A stretch of DNA of 64,000 nucleotides from an uncultured Chloroflexia bacterium (GTDB taxonomy: Bacteria; Chloroflexota; Anaerolineae; CG2-30-64-16): positions 224,001-288,000 of the forward strand of contig CAVZDU010000006.1 in the NCBI GenBank assembly GCA_963774265.1, in the 5' to 3' direction. This document shows, piece after piece, positions 49,802 through 59,103 of the stretch. A program made the position numbers and the translations under genes. Each line of letters opens with the position of its first letter. The stretch's first letter is position 1. A model generated the notes under the pieces. It was not told the origin of the DNA. It searched no databases and saw only the letters and a list, made by a program, of their open reading frames with translations.

Positions 49802-51265
49802 TCAAACATCCCCTGACCGCAATCTAGGTAGAGCCAGCCGAGCCAAGTCCAGCATTTGCTTATACAGCAATGGCTGAATGAGGCGCAGGACCGCCAGGTA
49901 AGCTAAAGCCCCCACCAAAACAAAAACGAACAAGCGCACAGGCAATCCCAGACTATCCCCGACGATAGATTTGAGCGACAGTATGATGACGATCATCACG
50001 AGAGAGCTGCACAGCGCGGGAACGTACTGCTTGAGATGGGTGCGGACAGAAACATCGATCAAGCTGCGAATCATCAGAATGTAGAGAGGCAAGAGCATGT
50101 ATCCGACGATTACATACACTGCCGCTACGGCAATGATCCCTCTGCGCACCACCAGTGCAAAACCAATCACATTCAATACAGCGGCCACTGACCATATACC
50201 GAAGCGCCAGGACGGCTTGCCGGCGGCTTTGAACACACTGCTATAGAAATAGGATGCGGAGCGGACGATGCCCATCAACATCAGTATCTGGACCACCGCG
50301 ATACTGGGCTCCCACTTCTGACCATACAAGCAAATGACCACTTCACGAGCTGTGACAGATAATCCGAGAAAGATGGGAAAAGCAACGATACTCTGCAACC
50401 GCGTGACTTGATAGAACGATTCCTTTATTTTGATACGCTCGCTCTGAAGGCGAGAAAAGACCGGAAACACTACAGCATTGGGCACGGCCACCAAGAGATC
50501 TGTCATCGCCATCAATAGCGTGTAAGCCAGGCTGTAATAACCCAACACGACTGATCCTAAAAAGTAGCCGATAAGAAAATCATCCGCGTGGACACTAAAG
50601 AAACTCACAATATTTCCGCCAAGAATGTTGATGCCGAAAGAAAACAGCTCCCTAAAGTGCCTCATCGAGAAACGGAAGCTGGGGCGCCAATCGCAGACTT
50701 GCCATAGGACTATGACGTTAGCCAGGCTGCTTACCAGTTGTTTGGCCACCAGGCTCCAGACACCATAACCAAGGAAAGCCATGCTGATGGCCACTACGCC
50801 GCTGACAATTGTCACTGCGAGCGAACGGACTGCCAGGGTCTTGAAAGCCAGATTGCGCCGAAGAAGAGATTGCTGGACGGTGGTCAGGGCACTGAAAACA
50901 AAACTGAGTGATAGCCAACTCACGATTGGCGCCAGTTTCGGCTCCCGAAAAAGTTGTGCTATCGCGCCCGAAGCGACGATGCCAACCGCCGTTAATAGGG
51001 CACCCGCGAGGAGCCCCATCCAAAAAGCCGTATTGAGATGTTCACGCTCAAGCTCGGGACATTGCACAATCGCATCGCCAAAGCCTTGTTCAACAAAAAT
51101 CTGCGCGAAAGCAATAAAGACAGATGCATAAGCCACCAGGCCAAACGCTTCTGGCAGCACGAGGCGGGCCAAAGTCAACGTCACAAGAAACGTAATGGCC
51201 CGTGCGCCCCAGGTTTGGGCGGCTGACCATACAATTCCCTCAGCTGCTTTTTGCCGTACGTTCAT
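49802..51265 (-). CDS. wzx: PST-family polysaccharide flippase
   Basis: LARLVLPEAFGL, ~12 TM segments, LGYYSLA. Confidence 0.9.
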   Translation of the reverse strand: MNVRQKAAEGIVWSAAQTWGARAITFLVTLTLARLVLPEAFGLVAYASVFIAFAQIFVEQGFGDAIVQCPELEREHLNTAFWMGLLAGALLTAVGIVASGAIAQLFREPKLAPIVSWLSLSFVFSALTTVQQSLLRRNLAFKTLAVRSLAVTIVSGVVAISMAFLGYGVWSLVAKQLVSSLANVIVLWQVCDWRPSFRFSMRHFRELFSFGINILGGNIVSFFSVHADDFLIGYFLGSVVLGYYSLAYTLLMAMTDLLVAVPNAVVFPVFSRLQSERIKIKESFYQVTRLQSIVAFPIFLGLSVTAREVVICLYGQKWEPSIAVVQILMLMGIVRSASYFYSSVFKAAGKPSWRFGIWSVAAVLNVIGFALVVRRGIIAVAAVYVIVGYMLLPLYILMIRSLIDVSVRTHLKQYVPALCSSLVMIVIILSLKSIVGDSLGLPVRLFVFVLVGALAYLAVLRLIQPLLYKQMLDLARLALPRLRSGDV

Positions 51266-51329
51266 CTATCAGCATCACTCTTGCAAAAACTGTGTCAAAT
51301 TCGTAGCGTCGAAACACACTCGCCTCTGA

Positions 51330-51989
51330 TCACTCCGTGTCGAGCGACGCCAACCATGTCTGCAGGGGTCCCCAGCTCAGGCGGTAGCGGGCGTAGTTAT
51401 AGACAAGCTTCAGGTATTCGTCTCTCACGTACGCCCGCGACTTCGCATCGGCCCACCAGCGGCGTTGATAGGGCGATACCCCGAAGGGTACCGGCGCCAT
51501 CTCCAACGTTACCCCTGGCCCCACGACCTGCCGATAGATCCATCGCGCCCGCCGCATGTGAGGAGGATCGCTGACGACGATCACGGAGCGAACCGCAGTC
51601 GGGCTGCGAGCTATGAACTCCTTCAACAGAACGGCCTCAGCATATGTGCTGGTTACTGGTGACTCATCGATGACGATGCTCTGCCGTTCTATTCCCTGGG
51701 CCTCGGCGCGTTCGACGCCGTGTTGTCCATGGTAGTAACCATGGAAGGTACACCAGCCGCCAGTAAAAAATATTACATTACCATAGCCTTGTTTGTAAAG
51801 TTGGATCGCGTGGTCCGTGCGGTCCTCTGGTCCGCTAATGACGTGGATCACGTCTGCGGGTTGCAGTGCGTCCTGAATCACAAGAAAATCGCCGACCGCC
51901 AAGAGGATCGGCTCCCGCACACCGAGCAAAAGCACGCCCACGATGACGGCTGCAGGAACGATGACCCGTGCCCTTCTTTGCATCTTCAA
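51330..51989 (-). CDS. YdcF/DUF218 family protein
   Basis: FTGG, STYAEA, VSDPPHMRRA, EYLK. Confidence 0.88.
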   Translation of the reverse strand: MKMQRRARVIVPAAVIVGVLLLGVREPILLAVGDFLVIQDALQPADVIHVISGPEDRTDHAIQLYKQGYGNVIFFTGGWCTFHGYYHGQHGVERAEAQGIERQSIVIDESPVTSTYAEAVLLKEFIARSPTAVRSVIVVSDPPHMRRARWIYRQVVGPGVTLEMAPVPFGVSPYQRRWWADAKSRAYVRDEYLKLVYNYARYRLSWGPLQTWLASLDTE

Positions 51990-52038
51990 CTCCGCACGCG
52001 GTGTAAAGAGAGAATGAAACGACCCTGGGTTGAGGCGA

Positions 52039-52067
52039 TTGACATTATCTAATTAAGTATATATCAT
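52039..52067 (+). promoter_or_regulatory. Near-consensus sigma70 promoter in an AT-rich divergent region
   Basis: TTGACA-N17-TATCAT. Confidence 0.7.
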
Positions 52068-52185
52068 TTAACTCCGGTGTCAATGTCGGAAAGCCGGGGC
52101 CCCCGGCTCCACTCGTTTGACAAACAGATAAAGTTGTCGTAGACTTGATTTTAGTTTGGCGATTCTGTCAATTGGAGTGTTGCTA

Positions 52186-52401
52186 GTGTCACCTCTACTT
52201 ATCTTGGTGGTGCCTGTCCTGGCAGCTACAGCAATCGTGATGGCATCCTGCATTCTGGCCGGGCGGACGGAACAGTTCTTGGAGAATCCGGCGCTGAACG
52301 AAGACGCATACCGGCCGGCTTTGCGCCCCACGCCTGCATCCGCCAATCCGGCGCCCATTCCGGTAAGGATGGCTGCTCGGCCCGATCACCCGGAGTTTTG
52401 A
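52186..52401 (+). CDS. Small hydrophobic protein, copy 1 (71 aa)
   Basis: GGAG RBS + GTG; colinear paralog at 52592. Confidence 0.65.
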   Translation: MSPLLILVVPVLAATAIVMASCILAGRTEQFLENPALNEDAYRPALRPTPASANPAPIPVRMAARPDHPEF

Positions 52402-52410
52402 AGTCCGTTT

Positions 52411-52434
52411 TGGGCTGGCCGTGACCGGCCAGCC
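52411..52434 (+). terminator. Hairpin after small ORF 1
   Basis: GGGCTGGCCG-TGAC-CGGCCAGCCC; no U-tract. Confidence 0.5.
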
Positions 52435-52591
52435 CCTCCCATTCTCGCGGGAAATCGTATCCGTTGTGCCCGCGCCTCGTTTGTGTTAAAGATCAGGTGT
52501 GTTTCCCGAGCGGAGCTGACCGCGGCCGGCAAAAGAAGGTTCGCTGCAAACCCGGTCGTGGATCGCCATCCTGTTGTTTGGAGCTTTCACA

Positions 52592-52807
52592 ATGACACCT
52601 CTGATTATCTTGGCCGTGCCTGTCCTGGCCGCCACATCGATCGCCATGGCATCCTGCATTCTGGCCGGACGGACGGAGCGTTTTCTGGACGACCCGGTGC
52701 TGGACGAAGACGCATACCAGCCGGTTCTGCGCCCCACGCGTGCATCCACCGACCCAGTGCCTATTCCGGTAAGGTTCGTCGCTCGGCCCGATCGCACGGA
52801 GACCTGA
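52592..52807 (+). CDS. Small hydrophobic protein, copy 2 (71 aa)
   Basis: GGAG RBS + ATG; shares PVLAAT.I.MASCILAGRTE.FL with copy 1. Confidence 0.68.
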   Translation: MTPLIILAVPVLAATSIAMASCILAGRTERFLDDPVLDEDAYQPVLRPTRASTDPVPIPVRFVARPDRTET

Positions 52808-53090
52808 AGCCCGCGTTGATCTGGCCGTGACCGACCGCTTGCCTGCGAAGGCCCCCATTTGCGCTTTCCCCGCAAAGTCGCTGATTGATCCGGACGTTGC
52901 TCGCGTTGCCTTTCTGCGGCAACCCCCCCTTTTCGCGGGAGGCCGCTCCTCCGAAGGCGATACACTACTATCCGAAACCTGTATCTTCCGACCACATGTG
53001 TTATATTAGCCTCCGTCCGCAGCGGCCCGGAAAACCCGAGCTGCTCGGTCCCTCATACGAAATATCGCTGGTTTTCTGTAAGGATTATCA

Positions 53091-54620
53091 ATGAAGAGGT
53101 CAATCTTGCACTTCATACTAGCTCTTGCTTTCTTGTTGCAGGCAGCATCATGCGCACCTGGCGCCCTTGCACCCGCTGCAGCTCCCATCTCCATTCCAGA
53201 CAACACAGCGCCTGCTGGTCCGACCATCACTCCTACGATCGGCACTGTCCCACCAGCTGAGGACGGGACTCCCAACATCCAGCCACCCGCGACGCCGACT
53301 GCCCCGGCAGCGGATGCCGTCTACTACGTTTCCCGTTCGGGCAGCAATGGCGACGGCATATCCTGGGCCACGGCCTGGAACGAGCTGGATCAGATCGACT
53401 GGGGTGCGATCGAGCCGGGAGATACCATCCTGATAGACGGCGGTTCAGTCACCTGCAGGTACGCCGTGACGGTCACCCACAGCACCAACATGCCACTGCC
53501 TGCCGGCTGCGGGATGGTATACAACACCCCGCTGACGATTGGTGCGAGCGGCACGGCGGATGCGCCCATCACGATCCGGCTGGCCGACGATCCGGGGCGG
53601 AACGGCACCGCACGCATCTTTGGCGGCCGCACAACGCCCCTGCCCTTTTGTGGACAGTCGTCCTATGCCCCCGACCGGCCAGGCAGCGGCGACGGGATCC
53701 ACGTAAATGGTCGAAGCCATATCGTGATTGACGGCAGCCATTGGTCCGGGATCATGGTCTACGGCTGGACGCAAGGTATGGACCTGTCACCCAATGGGGA
53801 CAATCACGACGTGACTCTGCGCAATGCAGAGATGTTCGATAACGGCTCCTGGTCGGCCAACAACGGGTCGGACGAAGAGGCCATCACCGGCAGCGGCTCC
53901 ACCTTGCTCTTTGAACGGCTGATCCTCCACGACAATGGGCAGGATCAGTTCCAGACCGGGTACAAACTGCCGGTGAACGATGCGGTCTTTCGCCGATGCT
54001 GGTTCTACAACCAACGGCCGCACCCCACAGTTCGTGATGAACCGTTCAACTATTGCACGCACTCGGATGGCATCCAGTTCTTTGGCAACCTGACACACCA
54101 GAACATCGCCATCGAGGATTCCATCGTTGGCCCCGGTTTGATGCAGGGGGTCATCCTGGGTGAGACCGGCCGGATCAACAATGTGACGGTCCGAAATTCG
54201 CTCTTTGTCGGTTACCACGGCGATGCTGACAATGCGGGCTTCCTGGTCAAGGAGACACTTGCCGAACGCCATGGCTATGTTTTCGATCATGTGACGGTAG
54301 TCCGGGACGTGGAGGCTCCATGGTGGAGCATCTATGCTCCGGGCAGCGGATACGCGGCGTATGACTCTCTGTTTGTGGGAGGGCGGGAAGTCCGGATCGG
54401 CGCAGGCACCAAGACCGGCAATGTCTGTTGGGACATCAGCGACTATTCGGGTGTCTGCAATCAACGCGCTGATCCACAGTTTGTCGATCCCGACTATGCC
54501 GGCGTGGGCGAGGGCTTTGCCGACTTCGACTTCACAATCACCAATCCGGCAATTCCTCAGGGTGTCGGCTCCTCGATTACCTCGGTGGCACGGCTGCTAG
54601 GAGATGCCACGCCACCCTGA
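53091..54620 (+). CDS. Putative lipoprotein with right-handed beta-helix (pectin lyase-like) domain
   Basis: Signal ending QAASC, P/T linker, YYVS..G.SWATAW..PGDTI, HSDGIQ. Confidence 0.8.
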   Translation: MKRSILHFILALAFLLQAASCAPGALAPAAAPISIPDNTAPAGPTITPTIGTVPPAEDGTPNIQPPATPTAPAADAVYYVSRSGSNGDGISWATAWNELDQIDWGAIEPGDTILIDGGSVTCRYAVTVTHSTNMPLPAGCGMVYNTPLTIGASGTADAPITIRLADDPGRNGTARIFGGRTTPLPFCGQSSYAPDRPGSGDGIHVNGRSHIVIDGSHWSGIMVYGWTQGMDLSPNGDNHDVTLRNAEMFDNGSWSANNGSDEEAITGSGSTLLFERLILHDNGQDQFQTGYKLPVNDAVFRRCWFYNQRPHPTVRDEPFNYCTHSDGIQFFGNLTHQNIAIEDSIVGPGLMQGVILGETGRINNVTVRNSLFVGYHGDADNAGFLVKETLAERHGYVFDHVTVVRDVEAPWWSIYAPGSGYAAYDSLFVGGREVRIGAGTKTGNVCWDISDYSGVCNQRADPQFVDPDYAGVGEGFADFDFTITNPAIPQGVGSSITSVARLLGDATPP

Positions 54621-54650
54621 GCCTGGATTGGTAAGTTGCCCTCTCAGAGT
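53293..54650 (+). repeat. 1358-bp direct repeat, copy 1
   Basis: Colinear with 59186-60543 at a constant offset of 5893. Confidence 0.92.
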
Positions 54651-55010
54651 CAACGCTTCAATTTGAAATCCCCACCCGGAAGCCCCGATAAGTTCACTCT
54701 ACCTCAAGCTCTGACACCATCTTGGGGTCTACTTTGGGGCCTACAGGAAGGCAATTGACGGCGATTCTGATACTCGCCTCCTTGTGAGTGTTCGCTTTTG
54801 GTGAACATCCGCTCTTTCCAATCTAGCATGCCACCTGATGTGCCACCGTGCCGCGAGTCAAACGAATCGACATGTCGAAAACTCGGACTTGACGACTCAC
54901 TTATTATATAGTAATATTTGCAATAGAAGAGGGTTACTGGTGATGCCACCAATTGCTGCGGCCGTCCTCTCGGCGGCAGCGGTTGCAGCCGAGATGTGGA
55001 AGAGGTCATC

Positions 55011-58000
55011 ATGTCAGAAAAGCCGACTCCGCGGCGAGTTGCAAATGTGGCCCTGGCGTTTATCGCAGTGTGGGTATTGGTTGGCTGCGTCGGCTTGCCG
55101 CCTGTTGAGACGCCTAGAGCCCCGACAGCCCCCACCTACTGGTATGTAGACAATGCTGCCACTGGAAACAACAACGGCACGTCATGGACAAATGCCTGGA
55201 AATCGTTTGCCGATATTGACTGGGGGACTGGCGGGTTAAAAGCCGGCGACACGCTCTATATTTCGGGTGGGTCTAGCTCAAAGACATACTATGAAACGCT
55301 CACGGTGGCAGCTAGTGGAAGTCCTGGCTCCTTCATTACGATTGACGTGGGAGCTAACAGCCCTTCACCTTCCGGGCACGACGGCACAGTCATCATCGAC
55401 GGCGGATCGTCGCGCAACTCCGGCATCGTGATCTACAACTACAATTACATCAATGTCAACGGCTTGTATGGAGCGGCTACCTACAAACTGCTGGTGCGAA
55501 ATCATATCGGCACGGGGGTCGGCTCTGTACAGGTGCGCAACAGTAGCTACACCTACATCGACTACGTCAAAGTGGACAATGGTAAGTCGCGAGGCGTCTT
55601 CTTCGACAACGCGGATCACAGCCGCATTCGAGGCTCCGAGGTACGCACCGGTTCCGTGAACTACAATGCTGAAACGGACGGCCTCTACCTGCAGTTCGGA
55701 AACGATAACATAGTGGAAAGTAACTACGTGGTTATCAGCAACGCGGATTCCACCAACCACATGGACTGCCTGCAGGTAGCAAATCAGGAGAACCGGCTCA
55801 TCATCCGTAGCAACTGGCTAGAATGGACGAATGGGCTGGGTAATAACCAAAGCCAGACGTTCATCATTGAAGGCTCAAGCGATTGGGTGTATTTCTACAA
55901 CAACGTGGTCCTGGGCGGCTCCAATAATCCGTATCAGGCTGCGCTGTTTAAGGCAGCTGATGGCGGCGTACACTATATCTGGAACAATATCATCATAGCA
56001 CAGCACCCCACGGGAATTGCTTTGAAGTCTAACAGTATGACTGATGCCGAGTTCGGCGCAATAAAGAACAACATCATCTACAGCCCGAACGGCTACCCCG
56101 TATTCCTCAACACTGCGGTCACCCCAAGCAAGATGGATCATAACCTCCTCTATCGGTCGAGCGGTTCATACGTGTCATACATGAACGGAACAAATAGAAC
56201 GTGGGTGCAGCATCAGGCAGCTGGCTACGACCCGAATGGCATTAACGCAGATCCGGATTACAGCAAGGGAAATGAGTACCGGCTGAACGCCACGTCGCCG
56301 TGCATTGATGCCGGAACGTCACTCAGCAGCTATTTTACCTCAGATCGCGATGGCGTCACCAGGCCAGTGGGGACAGCCTGGGACATCGGGGCTTATGAGT
56401 TTGAGGCGACAAGCGAACCCACCAAGACACCAACCGCCACGCTAACCAGGACGCCAACCGCCACGGTGCCACCGACCAGCACACCGACGGCCACCACCGG
56501 GCCGACCAACACGCCAACCGCCACGGTGCCACCGACCAGCACATCGACAGCCACGCCCACACCGACCAACACGCCAACCGCCACGATGCCACCGACCAGC
56601 ACACCGACGGCCACCACCGGGCCAACCAACACGCCAACCGCCACGATGCCACCGACCAGCACATCGACGGCCACGCCCACACCAACCAACACGCCGACCG
56701 CCACGCCTGCACCGACCGATACACCGACGGCCACCACCGGGCCGACCAACACGCCGACCACCACGCCCGCACCGACCGATACAGCGACAGCCACGCCTGC
56801 ACCGACCAATACGCCGACACAGCCGCCAACCAACACCCCCACAAGCACCAATACGCCCGAACCCACGGCAACCTCGCCCGCCGCTGAGGATCCGTCCATT
56901 TTGTACGCGAACGGATTGGCGGTTGATCCGAGAACCGATCTGGTGTACGTCACCAGCAGGGATAACGACCGGCTGTTCGTCGTGGATGGCGTCACCCTGA
57001 ACGTCGTGGGCAACGTAGGCGTGGGAAGCCTGCCGTGGGGAGTTGCCGTAAACACGGCGACCAACAAAGTCTATGTGGCCAACTGGGGCACCCATGACCT
57101 CACGGTCCTGGACGCCACCACGCGCACCTTGCTGAACAGCATATACGTAGGGGCTAGTCCAACCTTCGTGGAGGTAAACCCGCAGACAAACCGCATCTAC
57201 ACTGTGGAGTATGGCAGCAACACTCTGGTTGTCATCAATGGAGACACAGATGCGATCGAATACAACGTGGGAACCGGCGGCGTGGGATCATGGGGCCTTG
57301 CCGTAAACCCGAACCTCAATCGGGTCTACGTCAGCAATCGCGATTCGGGAACAGTGACCACGCTGGACGGCAACAACGGCTACCAAGTCCTCTCCTCGCA
57401 ATCGATCAGGCCGTGCGGAGGGACGAGTTCCGCCCCCTACAGCCTCGGCTTCAACCCCGTCAATAACAAGCTGTACATTGCTTGTTCGCCATCCCATAAT
57501 GTTGATTCGGCGGCCATTTATGTGGCCGGCCCCGCCGGCATGACGCCTCTGGCTTTCTTCAATATCGGAAATGGGAGCGATACGGGAGGAGGTGGAGTGG
57601 CCGTCAACAGGGCAAGCGGCAACGTCTTCTTCACGAACAGCGGCGACCATACTGTAAGTGTCGTGAGCGGCGCCACGGACCAGATCATCAAGAGTATTCC
57701 TGCTGGCAAAAACCCCTATGGTGCAGTGGTCAACCCCACCACCCAGAAGGTGTACATCGGCAACCGGGACAGCCACGACCTGACGGTCATCTACGACACG
57801 ATCACGCCGACAATGACGGCGACGGCCACAGCCACACGGACCAACACGCCGACAAGGACGCCGACGGCCACGGCCACACCGACCAACACGCCGACACGGA
57901 CGCCAACGGCCACGGCCACACCGACCAGCACACCGACAAGGACGCCGACGGCCACGGCCACACCGACCAGCACACCAACAGCCACACCCGAGCAGGCCGC

Positions 58001-58769
58001 CTGGCGCGGCGAGTACTTTGCCGACCCCTTGCTCTCCGGCTCACCCGGTATAGTACGGGATGATGCGACGATCAACTTCAACTGGGGCGCCGGCTCGCCC
58101 GCCTATCCGATTCCGGACGACAATTTCTCGGTCCGCTGGACGCGCACCGTGACGTTCGAGGCCGGGCGCTACCGCTTCGCGACGACCACCGATGACGGTG
58201 TCCGGCTCTATTTGGATGGTATATTGATCATCGATCGGTGGCGCGACCAGTCATCGACCGTCCACATCACCGAGCGTGACCTCGGCGCCGGACAGCACTC
58301 ACTGCGCATGGAGTATTACGAGGCATCCGGAGACGCGGAGGCGCGCCTCTCGTGGACACGCATCGACGAATCGCCCTCCCCAGATGCTTGGCACGGCGAG
58401 TACTTCGTCGGCACCTCGCTGTCTGGCTCGCCCGCCATGATCCGGGATGACGCAGCGATCAACTTCAACTGGGGAGAAGCCTCACGCGATGCCCTAATGC
58501 CAGATGACTACTTCTCGGTCCGCTGGACGCGCACCGTGACGTTCGAGGCCGGGGTCTACCGCTTTACGACAACCACCGACGACGGTGTGCGGCTTTACGT
58601 GGACGACCAGCTGCTCATCGATCGGTGGCGCGTGCAGGCGGTGGCATCCTACAGTGCCGAGTACAATCTCAGCGCCGGGCAGCACTCGCTGCGTATGGAG
58701 TACTTCGAGGTGACTGGCAAAGCGGTGGCACGCCTCTCCTGGGAGCGCGTCGACACACCGACCCCGTAG
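55011..58769 (+). CDS. Secreted multidomain protein: beta-helix, PT linker, YVTN beta-propeller, PT linker, 2x PA14
   Basis: SPCIDAG..DIGAYE, repeated YVAN/YVSN, two DDGVRLY PA14 motifs. Confidence 0.88.
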   Translation: MSEKPTPRRVANVALAFIAVWVLVGCVGLPPVETPRAPTAPTYWYVDNAATGNNNGTSWTNAWKSFADIDWGTGGLKAGDTLYISGGSSSKTYYETLTVAASGSPGSFITIDVGANSPSPSGHDGTVIIDGGSSRNSGIVIYNYNYINVNGLYGAATYKLLVRNHIGTGVGSVQVRNSSYTYIDYVKVDNGKSRGVFFDNADHSRIRGSEVRTGSVNYNAETDGLYLQFGNDNIVESNYVVISNADSTNHMDCLQVANQENRLIIRSNWLEWTNGLGNNQSQTFIIEGSSDWVYFYNNVVLGGSNNPYQAALFKAADGGVHYIWNNIIIAQHPTGIALKSNSMTDAEFGAIKNNIIYSPNGYPVFLNTAVTPSKMDHNLLYRSSGSYVSYMNGTNRTWVQHQAAGYDPNGINADPDYSKGNEYRLNATSPCIDAGTSLSSYFTSDRDGVTRPVGTAWDIGAYEFEATSEPTKTPTATLTRTPTATVPPTSTPTATTGPTNTPTATVPPTSTSTATPTPTNTPTATMPPTSTPTATTGPTNTPTATMPPTSTSTATPTPTNTPTATPAPTDTPTATTGPTNTPTTTPAPTDTATATPAPTNTPTQPPTNTPTSTNTPEPTATSPAAEDPSILYANGLAVDPRTDLVYVTSRDNDRLFVVDGVTLNVVGNVGVGSLPWGVAVNTATNKVYVANWGTHDLTVLDATTRTLLNSIYVGASPTFVEVNPQTNRIYTVEYGSNTLVVINGDTDAIEYNVGTGGVGSWGLAVNPNLNRVYVSNRDSGTVTTLDGNNGYQVLSSQSIRPCGGTSSAPYSLGFNPVNNKLYIACSPSHNVDSAAIYVAGPAGMTPLAFFNIGNGSDTGGGGVAVNRASGNVFFTNSGDHTVSVVSGATDQIIKSIPAGKNPYGAVVNPTTQKVYIGNRDSHDLTVIYDTITPTMTATATATRTNTPTRTPTATATPTNTPTRTPTATATPTSTPTRTPTATATPTSTPTATPEQAAWRGEYFADPLLSGSPGIVRDDATINFNWGAGSPAYPIPDDNFSVRWTRTVTFEAGRYRFATTTDDGVRLYLDGILIIDRWRDQSSTVHITERDLGAGQHSLRMEYYEASGDAEARLSWTRIDESPSPDAWHGEYFVGTSLSGSPAMIRDDAAINFNWGEASRDALMPDDYFSVRWTRTVTFEAGVYRFTTTTDDGVRLYVDDQLLIDRWRVQAVASYSAEYNLSAGQHSLRMEYFEVTGKAVARLSWERVDTPTP
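56420..56860 (+). repeat. Coding tandem repeat (~60-bp unit, Pro/Thr linker)
   Basis: TPTATVPPTSTPTATTGPTN-like units. Confidence 0.85.
57810..57990 (+). repeat. Coding tandem repeat (~42-bp unit)
   Basis: TPTRTPTATATPT(N/S) repeated. Confidence 0.8.
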
Positions 58770-59103
58770 CCCAGGTGTGGGGCGAAGGCCTGGCTAACCG
58801 CTCATTGTCTGACCCGCCGACCATGATGCGGATGACGCAGCGATCAAATCAAGACTTGGGCGCCGGATCACCGGCGCCCAAGTCTCCCACCAACAACTTC
58901 TCTGTCCATCAAACACGCAAGATCGACCTCAGTGACGATCACTACCGCTTCAGGACGCCCCCGGTATCTCATTGGCCGTTCTCCCAGGTGAGTTTATAAT
59001 GCCTCGCAGTAAGAAAAACGAAGCAATGCGCGCTGACTGCTGAACAACCCAGCCAAAGGTTGTCTGCGCGTGTCACCCCACAAGCTTCGTTTAGGGAGGA
59101 CAA

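Noticed and set aside
52441-52590. Possible c-di-GMP riboswitch (GCAAA motifs) before small ORF 2
   Set aside because: The GEMM two-hairpin architecture could not be built by eye; an Rfam scan would settle it.
56420-57990. Periodic repeats as a CRISPR array
   Set aside because: They are in-frame Pro/Thr linker repeats without unique spacers, and there are no cas genes.
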